From NCBI GenBank assembly GCA_964019335.1, contig OZ025698.1, positions 310,001-374,000 of the forward strand: a stretch of DNA of 64,000 nt, given 5' to 3'. A program made the position numbers and the translations under genes. Positions 61,327 to 64,000 of the stretch are shown here, one piece after another. Under the pieces are notes generated by a model. The model did no database searches, was not told the origin of the DNA, and worked only from the letters and a program-made list of their open reading frames with translations. Origin of the DNA: Diplonema japonicum. Lineage: Eukaryota > Protista > Euglenozoa: Diplonemea. Each line of letters opens with the position of its first letter. Within the stretch, counting starts at the first letter, position 1.

Positions 61327-62487
61327 ATGCCTCAATCTCCCAAAGGATACAGCTTAGTAAGTACAGGGACTCTACAGAATGACGGACCAGACAGCCCGAC
61401 CAGTAATGTTGAGAAGAAGCCTCCCACCAAGCACGCGGTGATCATAGTGTGCGCAGTTCTAATGAACGGGACGACTCTCTTCATGGCGGAGGCGATGCAG
61501 GGGATGAACGATGACTACAACAACACATTGGTGATCACGTCGATCGTGGCGGTGTCATATACATACTGCCTGTTAATATGGCTAGGATGGATGGTCTTAC
61601 GAAAAAAACAATGGGCGTCATGCCTTGTAACACAAGACGCAGGTGACCACCCTGACGAGGGTCATTTCTCATGGGGCTATTACTTCAAGATAGCATTTCC
61701 CATTTCAATTCTATCCATTACATGTCGTGCCTCGTGGTACTTCTCATTGGGGCAGACCAACGCGGCAGCGAACAACGCTATATATCAATCGACCACCGCT
61801 TGGGTTTATGTTTTCTCGATGGTGCTGCTCAAGGAGAAGTTCGACTTCATAAAGTTTAGCTCTTTAATTGTGGGAGTTGGAGGAACTGTCATGGTGGCTC
61901 TAAGTGAAGCGGATTCCTCAGAATCCGGGGTGGATCAAAATATGATAGGTTATGTTGACTTAATAGCATCAGTGTTGACATATTCCCTGTTTCAGGTTTT
62001 CACGAAACGATTTGCTGCTCATGTTGATGACCCGCATCCGCAGATGAACAGTTTGAGATTTTGCGGGGTTCTTGGAGTTTGGTGTTGTGTGTGGGGGCCT
62101 TGCGCTGTTGCTTTTGTTCACGTAACCGGTATACGGCCGTTCGAGCTTCCGCCTTCCCACGTCACTTTTCTAGCTTTTTCTAACGGTCTCATGGATGCGA
62201 TCTTCACTGCATCCTTGCTCATACTGCTTCGTCTCACTGACCCGACGTTTGCCTCCATGTGCAGTATTCTTGTCGTCCCCATGACCATCATCGCCGACAA
62301 AATTATTCACAATTATACCGCGCCTTTTCTTACGTACATCGCGATGGTAATTATTCTTGGGGCTGTGACGGCGTTTAACTATCGTGTGTATCGGCTTCGA
62401 AAGGCTTCTGAGCTGGAAGATGGTGATGATGAAGAGCGGACTGGGCTTCTGAACGGTGATAGGAAGGATGAGGTGGAGTCGGAGTGA
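61327..62487 (+). CDS. DMT/EamA-superfamily transporter, SLC35F-like
   Basis: About 10 TM segments, SWYFSL..T...NNAIYQS..AWVYVFS..LLKEKF motif, and a C-terminal acidic dileucine EERTGLL. Confidence 0.8.
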   Translation: MPQSPKGYSLVSTGTLQNDGPDSPTSNVEKKPPTKHAVIIVCAVLMNGTTLFMAEAMQGMNDDYNNTLVITSIVAVSYTYCLLIWLGWMVLRKKQWASCLVTQDAGDHPDEGHFSWGYYFKIAFPISILSITCRASWYFSLGQTNAAANNAIYQSTTAWVYVFSMVLLKEKFDFIKFSSLIVGVGGTVMVALSEADSSESGVDQNMIGYVDLIASVLTYSLFQVFTKRFAAHVDDPHPQMNSLRFCGVLGVWCCVWGPCAVAFVHVTGIRPFELPPSHVTFLAFSNGLMDAIFTASLLILLRLTDPTFASMCSILVVPMTIIADKIIHNYTAPFLTYIAMVIILGAVTAFNYRVYRLRKASELEDGDDEERTGLLNGDRKDEVESE

Positions 62488-62636
62488 TATATAAAAAAAA
62501 AAAAAGGAATGAGTCTATTGCCTATTCTTTTTTTTTTTTTTTTCTTTTTTCTTTTTTTCTTAGTTTGTCAGATTGTGGCAAATATCATAACAGGAAAAAA
62601 AAAAAAGAAAAAAAAAAAAGAAATTGAAGGTGAGTT

Positions 62637-62667
<31 letters not shown>

Positions 62668-63178
62668 GTAACCTAATGAAAAGTGGTGCAATCAAATTTC
62701 TCTCTCTCTCTGTAACTTGAATCAAAACAAAAAACTCTTTTTTTTTTCCTTCTCATGTTATGAATTAACAGTGGACTTAAGAACTTTTTTTTGCTCCTCG
62801 TCCAAAGTGTGAATATGCAACGAAGAAGGCGAAAGAGAACGGAAACAAAAAAAAAAAAAAAAAAATGCTTCTCTCAAGAGCCATCTTCTCATCCTCTTTT
62901 TTTTCTTCTTCTATCCCAAACCTTTCTATGTTACTGTAAACCGTTTCTTGTCTTTTTCTTTCTTTTCTCCTTCCCGTTTTCCATCCAGGAATAAAATACA
63001 AGGGAAGGGGGAATAAAAAAGAAAGTTTTTATTTACGCTTCATATCTCTATAACACCGACAGCAAAGTCGCGTCTTAAAATTGCAACCGGAGGGGTGCGG
63101 TTGGATACGGGATTTTTCCGAGATTTCGAGATACCCAAAACTTATTTGTCTCCCCCCCCTTTACTCCGAAGTTTAAAA

Positions 63179-63213
<35 letters not shown>

Positions 63214-64000
63214 GATGTGTATTAAACTAAACTATTACTTGGAACTAAATCATATATAAATTTTTTTTTTCTTCTTTTTTTGAAGAAATATAAACTGGTG
63301 CCTGGCCACTGCGCCCGCACAGTCTTTGTTTATCATACTTTCTGTGGTTATGCTGGGGGGGGTTTTTTTTTTCTCTCTCTTTATTTTCGTTCTGATGTAA
63401 AGTCGAGATAGCCTCTCACAGTTTAGCTTCTTCTTTTTATTTTTTATTTTTTTATTTATTTTCTGGATTCCCTCTAAAGGAATTTTGGCTAGAACCGGGA
63501 AAATAAAGTTTTCATTGGAGACGACACAAAGGCAAGCCCCAACAGCCAACACCAGGATGCAACAGCAGAATGGTGACAGTTACGTGTAGGATCCCCTGTC
63601 CACGGTGGGCACCAACCATGGCACAAATACCGCAAAATTTTGTTGATTTTCCGGCCTCTTTTCTCTGAAGCCCCATTTTCACAAATCTGCTTAAAACATG
63701 AGGAAAAAAAAATAAAGTACTTTATTTTCCCTAGGGAAATTGATAACGTAGTTTGATGCCCTGTACAAAGGAGGGCTAAGCCGCCGAGCCTCTGGTCCCT
63801 TTATAGCCGCCTGAACCATACCATGAAGCATAAGCACAAAACTGCAAGACTGGCCCAGGTTGACTGCCATGCTGAAGGCGTGGACGAGCAGTGCAAGCAA
63901 CCCCCTGTCTTAATGTTATGTCAAATCCTGGACTTCCTGGCTTTGGGGGGGTTTGGGAGTGCCATCGGGAACCAGAAAATAAATAAAATTACGTATTCAT

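Noticed and set aside
63000-64000. Short minus-strand ORFs and small hairpins at the window end
   Set aside because: No recognisable motifs or element boundaries within the window.

Overview
Eukaryotic nuclear DNA, most consistent with an intron-containing euglenozoan such as a diplonemid (inference). About 26 host protein genes all lie on the + strand, separated by short poly-T/poly-A-rich spacers, like a directional, probably polycistronic and trans-spliced cluster. Five genes carry tiny (33-87 nt) GT-AG introns, many A-rich. Recognisable genes: a DEG15/TYSND1-like peroxisomal protease (C-terminal AKL), several ankyrin and Ubl-ankyrin proteins, an EngB-like GTPase, a CAMK-group kinase, a HAD phosphatase, a divergent legumain-like (C13) peptidase, a GC-rich secreted LamG-like protein, a beta-helix protein, an EF-hand protein, NUDT1, MSH4, a large Ig/PKD-repeat membrane protein, a 3118-aa ARM/coiled protein, a pseudo-exonuclease-RRM-polyQ protein, a NEK kinase with B-box and CaaX, a DHHC acyltransferase, a kinase-PP2C fusion and an SLC35F-like transporter. 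Non-coding and mobile highlights: a six-copy array of ~64-nt hairpins that fit the single-hairpin AGA-box (H/ACA-like) pseudouridylation guide RNA model (37573-38181); a Crypton-like tyrosine-recombinase element with a ~130-bp terminal palindrome; a decayed piggyBac with TTAA target-site duplications; a small MITE; truncated non-LTR retroelement 3' ends with a conserved stem-loop; and a short stray SSU rRNA fragment. All calls come from reading the sequence; no searches were run.
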